Shown one piece after another: positions 31,410-41,107 of a stretch of 64,000 bases of DNA. A program made the translations under genes and the position numbers. Source of the DNA: a virus. The stretch lies in IMG/VR virus record IMGVR_UViG_3300032285_003395, positions 1 to 64,000 of that record; one strand, given 5' to 3'. How positions within the stretch are numbered: position 1 is the stretch's first letter; every line of letters starts with the position of its first letter. Below the pieces are notes generated by a model. That model made no database searches and had not been told where the DNA came from. It was given only the letters and a program-made list of their open reading frames with translations.

Positions 31410-34400
31410 ATGAGTAATTGTCAAATACCTTACATTGAACAAAGGTTTAGAGAGTCTGATCCTGAAAAAGCTGATTATTTTAATAATTTAGTAAATACTT
31501 TATGGAATAAAGTTGATAATTCTTTATTGTTTACATATCAAAGTAATAATTCTTACAATAAGTTTATTGCTAATGTTAAAAAAACTTTAAAAAGAAAAAA
31601 ACAAGATGAATTTATTAATTCAATTAATAGTGAATTTAATCAAAATATTATCAAAATTACAAATGATAATTTTGTAAATATTAATTTAACTCCTTTATTT
31701 GAAGAAGATACTACATCTTATGAAGATAAACTTAATAATATTCCAAATACTGAAATAGATATAAACAAATACTTATATCAAGGATATGATGTTAAAAATG
31801 CTATTTTACAATATATTCAAGATAAATACCTTGATAGGCCTACTTATGTTCAAACTAGAGATGAATTTCTTAGATTAGAACCAGGTTCTTTTATAATTAG
31901 TCCAAAAAGTGAAAAAGTTACAAGATCTAAAAATCCTAGAGCTGCTGCTAGAGCTATAGCTAGTTCTTTAGAAAATAAAATTGAAGGTGAAGTTCCTGGT
32001 GTAAAAGTTATTGTAAATTTAGACTCAAATCCAGTTAGATTAAAAATAGTTCCAAGTATAAAATTAATTAACAAATATGCAGATGTAAATTTTAATGAAC
32101 AAACACAAGGTTTACAAGATAAAAATTTAAGAGAAAAATATTTTAATGATAATAATATTACAACTGATAAAGAAATTTTAACTAAAATATCTCAATCAAA
32201 TCATCCGTTAAATAAAGTTGCTGAACAATTAATTCCTTTTAGTAAAAATGTTAAAGTAGAATTAATACCTGTAAAAGATTTTAATTTAAAAAATCAAATT
32301 GCAAATGGAGTATATACAACTTTTGGATTAGGCCAAGATGAAAAAATTGAAATTGCAGAGTTTGCAAATTTTAGAAAGGCAAACTCAGAAGATGTAATTA
32401 TACATGAAATAGTTCATGCTTTAACTGTAAATTGGTTAGAAAATGTAGATAAAAAAGATCCGTTATATGTAGAGTTTAAAAAATTATATGATGAATCAGT
32501 TTTAAAATTAGGTAAAGAAAATTTTTATGCTTTAAGTAATATTAAAGAATTTGCAACTGCTTTATTTTCAGATGCAAAATTTATAAAAGAATTAAGAAGT
32601 TTACCTTCAGAAAATTTAACAAAATATTCTAATTTATTAGAAAATATTTTTAATCATATTTTAAAATTATTTAAAGTTACAGATCCTGAATCTACTTTAT
32701 ATAATGATGCTTTTGCAGTAGTATCTAATATTATTAATGTTCAAAAAGAATTAGAAAATTCTTTAATAACTAATATTAATGAATTTGAAAATTTACAAGA
32801 TGATTTAGAAAATTATTATATTGATAATTATTCTCAATATACTAATGTTCCTCAAAATTTATTTGAAGAAGAAATTATTAATCCAGAGACTAATATTAAA
32901 CAAAGTTTAGAAATTAAAACTGATATAATTCCTAATAATTTAACAGAACAATTTGATGAATATGAGTCTTTAAAAAATAAAGATGCAGAAACTACTGAAG
33001 AATTAGAAAAACAAGTTTTATATACTCTTACTTTACCAAATCTTAGTAAAGATAAATTTTTTAAAGTTTTTTCTCAATTAGATCCAGAAGAATTTGATAA
33101 TTACAGACAAAGAGAAGTTAATAGAATTATTAATACTTTTGCAGAAAAATTTGGAATTACTATAGAACAAATACAAGCATATCAAGATAGATATGTTTTA
33201 GCTAATAATAAAAGCTTAAGTTATAATGGAGTAGCTAATTTAGCTAATAAAACTATTAAATATTTAGAAGGAGATAATAAAGCTTTAACAGAAGAAGTAG
33301 CTCACTTTATGGTAGCTATGTTACCTAAAAATAGTCCTGAATATTTAAGTTTAAAAAATTATATTAGTAAAACACCAGAGTATCAATTATATTATAAAAC
33401 ATATTTAAAAGTTTATAATGGAGATGTAGATAAAACTGAAGAAGAAATAATGGGTAAAGTAGTAGCTAATAATTTATTAGGTATTACAGAAAACATACCT
33501 TTATCTTTAAAAAGTATTATTATATCTATATTAAATTATATACATGATTTATTTAATCCAGATTATAGAAGAGAATTTAAAATAAGTGTAGATAATATTA
33601 ATCATTTATTTTTTACAGAAAATTTTGACACTATTTTTTCTGAAGCTAATATTTCTTTTGATCAATTTTATAGTTTAAATTTTGTTGAAGCTAATGATGA
33701 AAAAGTATTTAACCAGTCAACTGATAAAATGTTAGATACTATTTTATTAAATCTTAAAAATCAAAGACAAAAATTTATTGAAAATAAACAAACTAATTTA
33801 GTTGAAACTATTAATACTTTAATAGATATAATTACAGACCAAGATAGTACAATTAGTAATGAAGATAGAATTTCTAACTATATAAATATGTCTTTAATTG
33901 AAATACAAAAAGTTAATAAAGCTTTTAATGATTTTAAAAACAGCCAAGTTATACAAGACTTAGAAAGTAAAGATTTTAAAAATTTAAGTAGAGCAGAGCA
34001 AGAAGCACAAACACAACAAGATAGACAAAATCATTTAAATTATATAGCAGCTGCTATTACTACTGTACAAAACTTAAAATCATTTGTTGATTTAATTGAG
34101 TGGAATTTTAAAGGTTTCAATAAATCATTTAGCTCTTTGTCTAAATATAATGAAATTATTAAAAATTTACCTGATACTTATGAAAATAATGTATTTAAAC
34201 AACTATTAGAAATAACTAAAGACTCCTCAGAAATAAGTAAAATGAAAGGAGTTTATGTTGAAATTAGTAAAGAATTATTAGATGTTTGTTTTAAAAGTTT
34301 AAATACTACCGAACAAAAAAACTTTTTAGAAATAACTCAAACAAATTTAACACCAAATGTTAAAGTTCAAGAAGATATAAATAATGATATTTCTGTGTTA

Positions 34401-37400
34401 TCTACTACAAAAGATATATTAACAGGTAAATTTAGTATAACAAGTGTAGGGTCAACTGTAAAAGAAAATATAATGCCTACTAACTTTCAAAGTGACATTT
34501 TTTTAAAAGCAGTTGATAATGCTAATGCAGCTTTAAGACAATATGCTTTAATGGCATCTGCAAAAGAAAGTTTTGAATATTCTTTATTACAAGAAAAATT
34601 AAATCAATTAGGAGTTTTTGATGAAACTTGGATTTCTTCTAAAGATGATAAAGGTCAATTAAGTCATAAATTATTACAAAAATATAATTTTAAATTATTT
34701 AAAAAATCTTTAGTTCAAAAAATTATACAAGAACATTTATCTAAAATTATTGATCTTGATAATGTATTAAAAGAAGTAAAAGATAATAACCCTGAAATAT
34801 TAAAACAAGTAGTTGATAAAACATATAAATCACCTAATGAATTAAAAGATGTAATAAACAAATTATTTGATGATGGTGTAATAAGTAAAAAACTATTTTT
34901 ATTTTTAAATAACTATGTTAATGGTTATGAAACTTTATATACTTTAAAATTAAGTGAAGGTAATAAAAACTTAACAACTATTAATCAAAATAATTTACAA
35001 AAATTTAAAGATAAATATATTACTCAATTAGAGTCTAATTTAAATAATTTAAATTTTAATAAAAAAGGTTTACCTTACTTTAATCCTAGTTTTAGTTTTA
35101 ATGATACAACAATTAGTACAGATCAATTATCTGGTATTCTTAGAAATGTTATATATAATAGAAGGGAGTTTTTAATTAAAAAATATGTTACAGTTCCAAG
35201 AATTATTAATGGAGAATTAAATCCTATTTATGATAATCAATTAGCTTATGTAGAAGGATTGTTAAATTATTTTAAAAACAATATTTCTTTTTTAGAAGAT
35301 GAAGAGGGTAATGTTAAATTAAACTATATAAATTATTTGTTATTAGGAGATGACTATATGTTTAATTTATCAGATAAATTTTCTGTTCCAAGTATTAATT
35401 TTATAGATCAAGATTATGTTAACTTAGAAAAAGATTTACAATCTAGTGATCCTAAGAAAAAACAAATTGCTGAATTAAAATTACAAGTAATAGAAAAAAT
35501 TAGATTAGAAAATATTTCTCACAATGCACCTTCTAATTCATTAGAATATATACCTAAAAATAATAACGCAGCTTTTTTAAGCAATTCTAAAGAATATAGA
35601 CATTTATATAATTTAATATTTAGAGTAGCTTTACCGGGAGTTTTAGCAACTTCAACAACTGTAAATCCTTTAGCAGGAGTTATGTTATATTTTCTTTATC
35701 AAGGAGGTCTTGATAATTTAATATATAAACCTCTTTATTTTTTTAAACATGATAAAACAGAATCTAATACTTTTTCTAAAGCATATAAAGCTTTATTAAT
35801 GAGTTTAAAAGAAGGTTATAATAAAAATCTAAGAGAAAATACTATTATTAAAAATAATGAAAGTTTACAAAATGAAGTTGTTACAGGTTATAAAAAAATA
35901 TTTAACAATATTATAGAAAAAATAAAAACTAGTTTAAATAAAGATAGATATAAAAATAATATATTATTATTAGGAGAATATAAAATACCTAAATTATTTG
36001 GTGCAGATAAAACTAATAAAGTATTTTTATCAACAGATTTTCTTTCTAACCAAAAAACTATTGTACAAGCAAGATTTAATTATGAACAAAATATAAGATT
36101 TGAATCTTGGATAAGAATGGTTGGTGATTTTAATGAAAGTAGAGAAGGTGTAAATAACTCTAATGTTATTAATGTAATAAAAGATAGATATTGGTTTAAT
36201 AAATTTTATAAACCAAGTGCTATGTTAAATGCATATAGATCTTATTTAGGATTTTTATCAGGTAAATTATTAAGAGGAAATATTCAAAGTGCTATTAATA
36301 ACTTAACTGTTGGACAATTTAACGTATTTTTATTTACTAATCCAAAAACTTTACCTAAAACTTTTATAGATTTATTAAAACATAATATGAATATGTTAGC
36401 TATGGGTACTAACATAGACAATGTAGTAGATAATTTTATTACTACAGTAGGTAATCCTAATAATGCAGAATCTAGACAAGCATTTTTTGATGCTTTAAAA
36501 AATATTTTTTTACTTAGATCTACTAATCAAAATAAATATAATACTAATTTAATAAATCACATTAGTATGAATTTAAGAAAAAATAGAGGCACTGGTTATA
36601 TAAATTATGATGAAAGTGAGTCTATTTTAATAAAAGAATTAAATTTAACTAATACTCAAGCATTACAAAATCTTGGTGAAAAACTTATTGAACAAAATAT
36701 TATATTTCAATTATTAAATAGTAAAATTTTTATTGATGAAGATGGTAAACCTGTTAAAAATTTAAAAAAATATTTAAAAGTTGAAAATGGTATTATTGTT
36801 ATTGATAAAACTAAATTACCAAAAAATTTATATTTAAAAACTACAGTTGATTTAGCTTATAAAAATTATTATAATATTGATATAAATTCAGGAATAAATA
36901 TTACTAAAATAACTCCAAAAGAATTAGGGTTATTACCATTAACTAATGTAGAATTACAAAATTATTTAAATGTAACAATGTCTAATGACATAAATAATTT
37001 AATAGAAAAATCTCAAGGTTCTTATAATATATTTAATAGAAGTTACTGGAGAAATACTTTTGTAGGATTAACATTTTTACAATTTAAAGACTATGCATTA
37101 CCTGCATTAACCTCTACTTGGAACTCTAAAAAAATATATAATAATTTTACTAATTATGAATCAGGAGTTTTAAATTCTATAGGAAAAGCATTTGATAGAG
37201 TTGCTGTATCAGGATTAAGAGTAGTAAATAAAAATATTGATTTTAATAAAGATTCAGATCATAATTTATTAATTATTAATAATATATCTAAAGCAGAATT
37301 TTTAAAAGAATTAGCTGTTATAAAATATTTTTTACCAAAAGCTAATAAAAAAATTAATGAAAATTTAAAAACTCTTGCTTCTGATAATAAAAAATTTAGA

Positions 37401-38441
37401 AAAGATACAAAAAGAATAACAAGTATTGATAAATTAGAATCTTTAAGTCTTAGTTGGTATTTAAAAAATATTAATCTTAAAAGTCAAGATGAAATTAATA
37501 AAAAAATAGAATTTGATTTTAATTTAAATAGAAATAATCCAAAATTTAAAGAACAGTTAGATTATATTAAAAATTTAATTAATAAAAAATATAAAAGTAA
37601 AAATAATTTAACAAATGCTGATATAGATCAATTAAATAAATATGATGTTGATCAAAATTATTTTGATTTAGTCCAAGCTTATTTAAAACTTAAAATAGAT
37701 TTAAGAGCAGATAAAGATTCTATTAATAAATTAATTAATTTTGTTGGTTTAAGTGTTGGTGTAGTAGCAATATTAAGTGTATTAAAAGCTTTAGAGTGGC
37801 CTAAAAATGAATTAGATGAAGAAGGTAAAAAAATATTAAATTTTAAAGATTGGTTAATAGCTACTGTAGAATTTAGTACATCTAATTTATTTCTTAGTTA
37901 TGTTCCTTCAGATGTTAATGATGCTTATGGTATTGATTATAAAAACTTTGCATTACAACTTTATAAATTAGCACCTGCAATTTCTGAAATAAAAAGAGTT
38001 ACTGATAAAATAAAAACTAATTATGCAGATGTTAACCCAAATAATATTACTACAGAAAAAGCAAAAGAATTATTGCGTATTCAACAATTAAATGGGGGTA
38101 AACTTCCTTTATTACAACCTAAATTAATTATTAATGAAAAAACAAATAGTTATGAATTAATAAAAGGGGAAACTTTGGTTGCTAATGCATTAACACAAAC
38201 TCTTGTTAATAAAGAATTATTAAATAATTTTGAATTTTCAGCACTTGATAAAAATAAATTTAATAGATTAAAAAATAAAAGTTTTATTTCTTCATTAGCA
38301 GAAAAAGCTAATATTAATAGATCTTATAAATTTGGAGATAGACCTACTGATGATACTCAAGAAGAAAAACAACAAAAAATTGATCTATTTAATGCATATA
38401 AAGCAGAACTTGAAAGTGGAAGTAACCCATCAAATAAATAA
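31410..38441 (+). CDS. giant virion protein 3 (2343 aa) with zincin-like protease domain(s)
   Basis: HEIVH at 32403-32417 with downstream KEF; a second EEVAH...EEE motif near 33291; C-terminal hydrophobic segments. Confidence 0.7.
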   Translation: MSNCQIPYIEQRFRESDPEKADYFNNLVNTLWNKVDNSLLFTYQSNNSYNKFIANVKKTLKRKKQDEFINSINSEFNQNIIKITNDNFVNINLTPLFEEDTTSYEDKLNNIPNTEIDINKYLYQGYDVKNAILQYIQDKYLDRPTYVQTRDEFLRLEPGSFIISPKSEKVTRSKNPRAAARAIASSLENKIEGEVPGVKVIVNLDSNPVRLKIVPSIKLINKYADVNFNEQTQGLQDKNLREKYFNDNNITTDKEILTKISQSNHPLNKVAEQLIPFSKNVKVELIPVKDFNLKNQIANGVYTTFGLGQDEKIEIAEFANFRKANSEDVIIHEIVHALTVNWLENVDKKDPLYVEFKKLYDESVLKLGKENFYALSNIKEFATALFSDAKFIKELRSLPSENLTKYSNLLENIFNHILKLFKVTDPESTLYNDAFAVVSNIINVQKELENSLITNINEFENLQDDLENYYIDNYSQYTNVPQNLFEEEIINPETNIKQSLEIKTDIIPNNLTEQFDEYESLKNKDAETTEELEKQVLYTLTLPNLSKDKFFKVFSQLDPEEFDNYRQREVNRIINTFAEKFGITIEQIQAYQDRYVLANNKSLSYNGVANLANKTIKYLEGDNKALTEEVAHFMVAMLPKNSPEYLSLKNYISKTPEYQLYYKTYLKVYNGDVDKTEEEIMGKVVANNLLGITENIPLSLKSIIISILNYIHDLFNPDYRREFKISVDNINHLFFTENFDTIFSEANISFDQFYSLNFVEANDEKVFNQSTDKMLDTILLNLKNQRQKFIENKQTNLVETINTLIDIITDQDSTISNEDRISNYINMSLIEIQKVNKAFNDFKNSQVIQDLESKDFKNLSRAEQEAQTQQDRQNHLNYIAAAITTVQNLKSFVDLIEWNFKGFNKSFSSLSKYNEIIKNLPDTYENNVFKQLLEITKDSSEISKMKGVYVEISKELLDVCFKSLNTTEQKNFLEITQTNLTPNVKVQEDINNDISVLSTTKDILTGKFSITSVGSTVKENIMPTNFQSDIFLKAVDNANAALRQYALMASAKESFEYSLLQEKLNQLGVFDETWISSKDDKGQLSHKLLQKYNFKLFKKSLVQKIIQEHLSKIIDLDNVLKEVKDNNPEILKQVVDKTYKSPNELKDVINKLFDDGVISKKLFLFLNNYVNGYETLYTLKLSEGNKNLTTINQNNLQKFKDKYITQLESNLNNLNFNKKGLPYFNPSFSFNDTTISTDQLSGILRNVIYNRREFLIKKYVTVPRIINGELNPIYDNQLAYVEGLLNYFKNNISFLEDEEGNVKLNYINYLLLGDDYMFNLSDKFSVPSINFIDQDYVNLEKDLQSSDPKKKQIAELKLQVIEKIRLENISHNAPSNSLEYIPKNNNAAFLSNSKEYRHLYNLIFRVALPGVLATSTTVNPLAGVMLYFLYQGGLDNLIYKPLYFFKHDKTESNTFSKAYKALLMSLKEGYNKNLRENTIIKNNESLQNEVVTGYKKIFNNIIEKIKTSLNKDRYKNNILLLGEYKIPKLFGADKTNKVFLSTDFLSNQKTIVQARFNYEQNIRFESWIRMVGDFNESREGVNNSNVINVIKDRYWFNKFYKPSAMLNAYRSYLGFLSGKLLRGNIQSAINNLTVGQFNVFLFTNPKTLPKTFIDLLKHNMNMLAMGTNIDNVVDNFITTVGNPNNAESRQAFFDALKNIFLLRSTNQNKYNTNLINHISMNLRKNRGTGYINYDESESILIKELNLTNTQALQNLGEKLIEQNIIFQLLNSKIFIDEDGKPVKNLKKYLKVENGIIVIDKTKLPKNLYLKTTVDLAYKNYYNIDINSGINITKITPKELGLLPLTNVELQNYLNVTMSNDINNLIEKSQGSYNIFNRSYWRNTFVGLTFLQFKDYALPALTSTWNSKKIYNNFTNYESGVLNSIGKAFDRVAVSGLRVVNKNIDFNKDSDHNLLIINNISKAEFLKELAVIKYFLPKANKKINENLKTLASDNKKFRKDTKRITSIDKLESLSLSWYLKNINLKSQDEINKKIEFDFNLNRNNPKFKEQLDYIKNLINKKYKSKNNLTNADIDQLNKYDVDQNYFDLVQAYLKLKIDLRADKDSINKLINFVGLSVGVVAILSVLKALEWPKNELDEEGKKILNFKDWLIATVEFSTSNLFLSYVPSDVNDAYGIDYKNFALQLYKLAPAISEIKRVTDKIKTNYADVNPNNITTEKAKELLRIQQLNGGKLPLLQPKLIINEKTNSYELIKGETLVANALTQTLVNKELLNNFEFSALDKNKFNRLKNKSFISSLAEKANINRSYKFGDRPTDDTQEEKQQKIDLFNAYKAELESGSNPSNK

Positions 38442-38444
38442 AAT

Positions 38445-38473
38445 AAAAGCCACTCAATTTAGGGTGGCTTTTT
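38445..38473. terminator. intrinsic terminator, likely bidirectional, at the convergence of the two arms
   Basis: AAAAGCCACTC-AATTTA-GGGTGGCTTTTT hairpin flanked by A and T tracts between convergent stop codons. Confidence 0.85.
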
Positions 38474-38478
38474 AATTT

Positions 38479-38802
38479 TTATTTATTACTTTCAATTTCA
38501 CAACAATAAGCTAATTTAAGATAATTTATTGCATCTTCATAGGAATCAAGAAGAGATTCATTCATAATGTCTTTTCCTTCTTTTTTGAGATTCCAAATAC
38601 GCACAAATTTTAATATAACCATTAATGTAGCATAACCTTCTGGTTTAGAAACGTCTACACCTATCATTTTTGTTACATTACTTACTATTTTAAAGTTAGA
38701 AAGAACATCTTCTGATGCATAATCATTTGTTTTTAATTTAATAATATCTAATGTTTTAGCATCTAGTCTTTCTAATAATTTTATTTGTTCTTGTGAGGTC
38801 AT
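38479..38802 (-). CDS. DUF1599/Nmad1-like (MazG-like helical) protein
   Basis: KTNDYA...NF, KFVRIWNL and ESLLDSYEDAINY pattern. Confidence 0.65.
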   Translation of the reverse strand: MTSQEQIKLLERLDAKTLDIIKLKTNDYASEDVLSNFKIVSNVTKMIGVDVSKPEGYATLMVILKFVRIWNLKKEGKDIMNESLLDSYEDAINYLKLAYCCEIESNK

Positions 38803-38813
38803 ATTTATTTATT

Positions 38814-39029
38814 TTATAATTTTTCTAATTCTTGTCTAACGTTTAAATAATAATCAAAAATTTCATTATTTGCATAAAATGCTACTCTTGTAGCCTCAAC
38901 TACACATATTTTTGCGTGTTTAATGGCAATACTTGTACATAATATTTCATTTCCACAATCAGTATCTTCATTCATTAGAATAATTTTAAATTTATCTACT
39001 AAATCTTCTGCTTTTTCTTTTGGTGTCAT
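38814..39029 (-). CDS. hypothetical phage protein (MTPKEKA family)
   Basis: MTPKEKAEDLVDKF...VRQELEKL. Confidence 0.65.
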   Translation of the reverse strand: MTPKEKAEDLVDKFKIILMNEDTDCGNEILCTSIAIKHAKICVVEATRVAFYANNEIFDYYLNVRQELEKL

Positions 39030-39044
39030 ATTATTTATTTTTTT

Positions 39045-39368
39045 TTATTGATTTTTAATTAATTCTAATAAAAATACAGATATTTTATAACCTGTAAATG
39101 CCCCTAATGCAGAGCTAGTAGGGAATATAACAATTTTTCCTAACTGAGTGACATATTTAGGTCTATTAATAATTTTACCTACATACAGATAATAAATTAC
39201 TTGTGAAAATAAAACAGCAACATCTATCTTTAATGATATTGTAACCATTATCATAGCTCCTAAAAACCCATATAAAAAATTATCTGTAATTGCTTGTGCA
39301 ATTTCTCTAGGAGTAGCAGCTTTCCACTCTTTTACTATTTGTCTATGTTTAACTTGTATTCTTTTCAT
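39045..39368 (-). CDS. small membrane protein
   Basis: Two to three hydrophobic segments. Confidence 0.6.
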   Translation of the reverse strand: MKRIQVKHRQIVKEWKAATPREIAQAITDNFLYGFLGAMIMVTISLKIDVAVLFSQVIYYLYVGKIINRPKYVTQLGKIVIFPTSSALGAFTGYKISVFLLELIKNQ

Positions 39369-39376
39369 ATTATTTT

Positions 39377-39604
39377 TTAATCTTCTATATCAAAATTTCT
39401 TTGTCTATATTCATCTCCTTCAGATAAATCAGCAAATGGACAATTTAAACAATTGTTATAACAGCATCTCCCTCTTTTTATATGATATTCTCTAGTAAAA
39501 ATCATTTTTCCATTTTCCCAATAAAAATCTTCTGGAGATAGTTTTGTTTTTTCTTGAAGCAATCTTTTAGCTTCTAGTTCTAATATAAAATCTTTTTGTA
39601 TCAT
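39377..39604 (-). CDS. DUF5522-like Cys-rich protein
   Basis: FTREYHIKRGRCCYNNCLNCPF. Confidence 0.7.
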   Translation of the reverse strand: MIQKDFILELEAKRLLQEKTKLSPEDFYWENGKMIFTREYHIKRGRCCYNNCLNCPFADLSEGDEYRQRNFDIED

Positions 39605-39615
39605 AAATTATTTAT

Positions 39616-40233
39616 TTAATAATTAAAAGCTTTTAAAGTGTATTCAAAAGGATTACCTTCAATGTTTTTTAATAAAATCATCATTTCCTCTGCAATATCA
39701 GAAATTTCTTTTTGTGCTTTGTCTGAATGCCTTAATTTATAAAAATTTGCAAAACAACTCATATTCATTATACAATCTGTAGTAATTACAGAATTATAAG
39801 TTTTAAAATACCTAGCACTTTCTTTAGCTCTTTTTCTACCAAGGATAGGTGTTAAATTATCCAACCATGTATGATATAAATGATTAGAATGTAAAGTAAA
39901 AGCTTCTAATTGTTTTATTGCATCTTGAGGCCAATCTTCAGGTAAATAATACTTATCTTCTTTTAATTCTTTGTATCTAGCACTTTCTCCATTTGTTCCC
40001 ATGTGTCTATGTTTTAACAAATGTATATGACTTGCAATATCAGCTTCTACTAAAAAATGAACTATACCTCTTTCAAAAGGAGTTTTGTGTCCTTCTGAAT
40101 AAAGAGTTTCAATCATTTTGGGTATTCTTTTAATCTTATCTTCTGTCAATTCTCTAGACGTAGATGTCCAAGCTGCTAAAGCTATTTGTTCATCAGAACC
40201 ATAATAACCTACTAGTTTTACTCTATTATTCAT
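39616..40233 (-). CDS. thyX: FAD-dependent thymidylate synthase
   Basis: GHKTPFE, KHR-X7-S-ARY (RHRX7S variant), KESARY and LRHSDKAQKEI. Confidence 0.9.
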   Translation of the reverse strand: MNNRVKLVGYYGSDEQIALAAWTSTSRELTEDKIKRIPKMIETLYSEGHKTPFERGIVHFLVEADIASHIHLLKHRHMGTNGESARYKELKEDKYYLPEDWPQDAIKQLEAFTLHSNHLYHTWLDNLTPILGRKRAKESARYFKTYNSVITTDCIMNMSCFANFYKLRHSDKAQKEISDIAEEMMILLKNIEGNPFEYTLKAFNY

Positions 40234-40651
40234 AATCTTTAATTTTTAAATTTATTATTGGATGTATTTCTGTTATACTATGTGTTTTATCAAAAACATA
40301 AGGACCTTGTATTTGAATTATATCATCTTTTTGTGGTATAATAATTTTATTTTTATAAAACCAACAAATAGGAAATATAGAAGGTGCTGCACATACAATT
40401 TCTCCTACCATACATCCTTCTTCATCTACATAATTATTTTTAACTAATAAAGATGTATCTTTTATTTTTAATCTAATATGTACATCTCCATCTAAATCTG
40501 ATTCTACTTTAATAACTTTACCTGATAAAGTTTTAAAAGAATCTAAAATAACTAATCTACCAGGATGGTGTATTCTATTGCAAGGACAATCTTCCGTAGA
40601 TATAAAACTTAGTAATATAACTATTGTAATTAGTGTTAAAGTTAATTTCAT
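40226..40651 (-). CDS. putative exported protein
   Basis: N-terminal signal-like hydrophobic stretch; DGDVH and GPYVFD...H...EIHP motifs. Confidence 0.6.
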   Translation of the reverse strand: MKLTLTLITIVILLSFISTEDCPCNRIHHPGRLVILDSFKTLSGKVIKVESDLDGDVHIRLKIKDTSLLVKNNYVDEEGCMVGEIVCAAPSIFPICWFYKNKIIIPQKDDIIQIQGPYVFDKTHSITEIHPIINLKIKDYE

Positions 40652-40666
40652 TTTTATTAATTATAG

Positions 40667-40676
40667 TGCAAAAATA
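40667..40676 (-). promoter_or_regulatory. Bacteroidota-type -7 promoter element (TATTTTTGCA)
   Basis: TAnnTTTGCA about 16 nt upstream of ATG 40651 and just downstream of a terminator. Confidence 0.65.
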
Positions 40677-40714
40677 GTAAAAAAAATAAATACCCTTAAT
40701 TTTTTATTAAATAT

Positions 40715-40759
40715 AAAAAAAAATGCCTACATTACTATCTGCGCAAATAATAATGTAGG
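40715..40759 (-). terminator. intrinsic terminator hairpin with U-tract
   Basis: Minus strand CCTACATTATTAT-TTGCGCAG-ATAGTAATGTAGG followed by CATTTTTTTTT. Confidence 0.7.
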
Positions 40760-40864
40760 ACTTAATGCCCAGAGATAAAGCTTACAGTTTATTCGGGGGC
40801 TTTAATATTGTAAAAAATTATTTAATAATACTTTTTTATTTTAAATTTATATTATTTAATTTGT

Positions 40865-41098
40865 TTAACTAATAATTTCTATTTTATTTTGAGTTTCAAT
40901 CCATACTTTTGCTCCACAAGATAAAGGATTATTAGGACTATATTTTATGGTAGCTACTATATTACCTTCTTTATCCAAAATATTTACATTATTAGCATAG
41001 TTATTTGACTTATAATTTTTACAAGTTATAACAGGTAAATTAGCACCTTTAGCATTTGCTTTTATGTTATGTTGATTAACATGAATAATACTTTTCAT
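40865..41098 (-). CDS. hypothetical phage protein
   Basis: IHVNQHNIKAN...LSCGAKVWIET; tiles after the RNR gene. Confidence 0.65.
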   Translation of the reverse strand: MKSIIHVNQHNIKANAKGANLPVITCKNYKSNNYANNVNILDKEGNIVATIKYSPNNPLSCGAKVWIETQNKIEIIS

Positions 41099-41107
41099 TT
41101 TTTATAT

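Noticed and set aside
39045-39368. Holin assignment
   Set aside because: It has TM segments but no adjacent endolysin and lies in the thyX operon, so the evidence is insufficient.
40767-40800. tRNA-Tyr-like element (CTGTAA loop on the minus strand)
   Set aside because: No cloverleaf, T-loop (TTCRA) or acceptor stem can be built.
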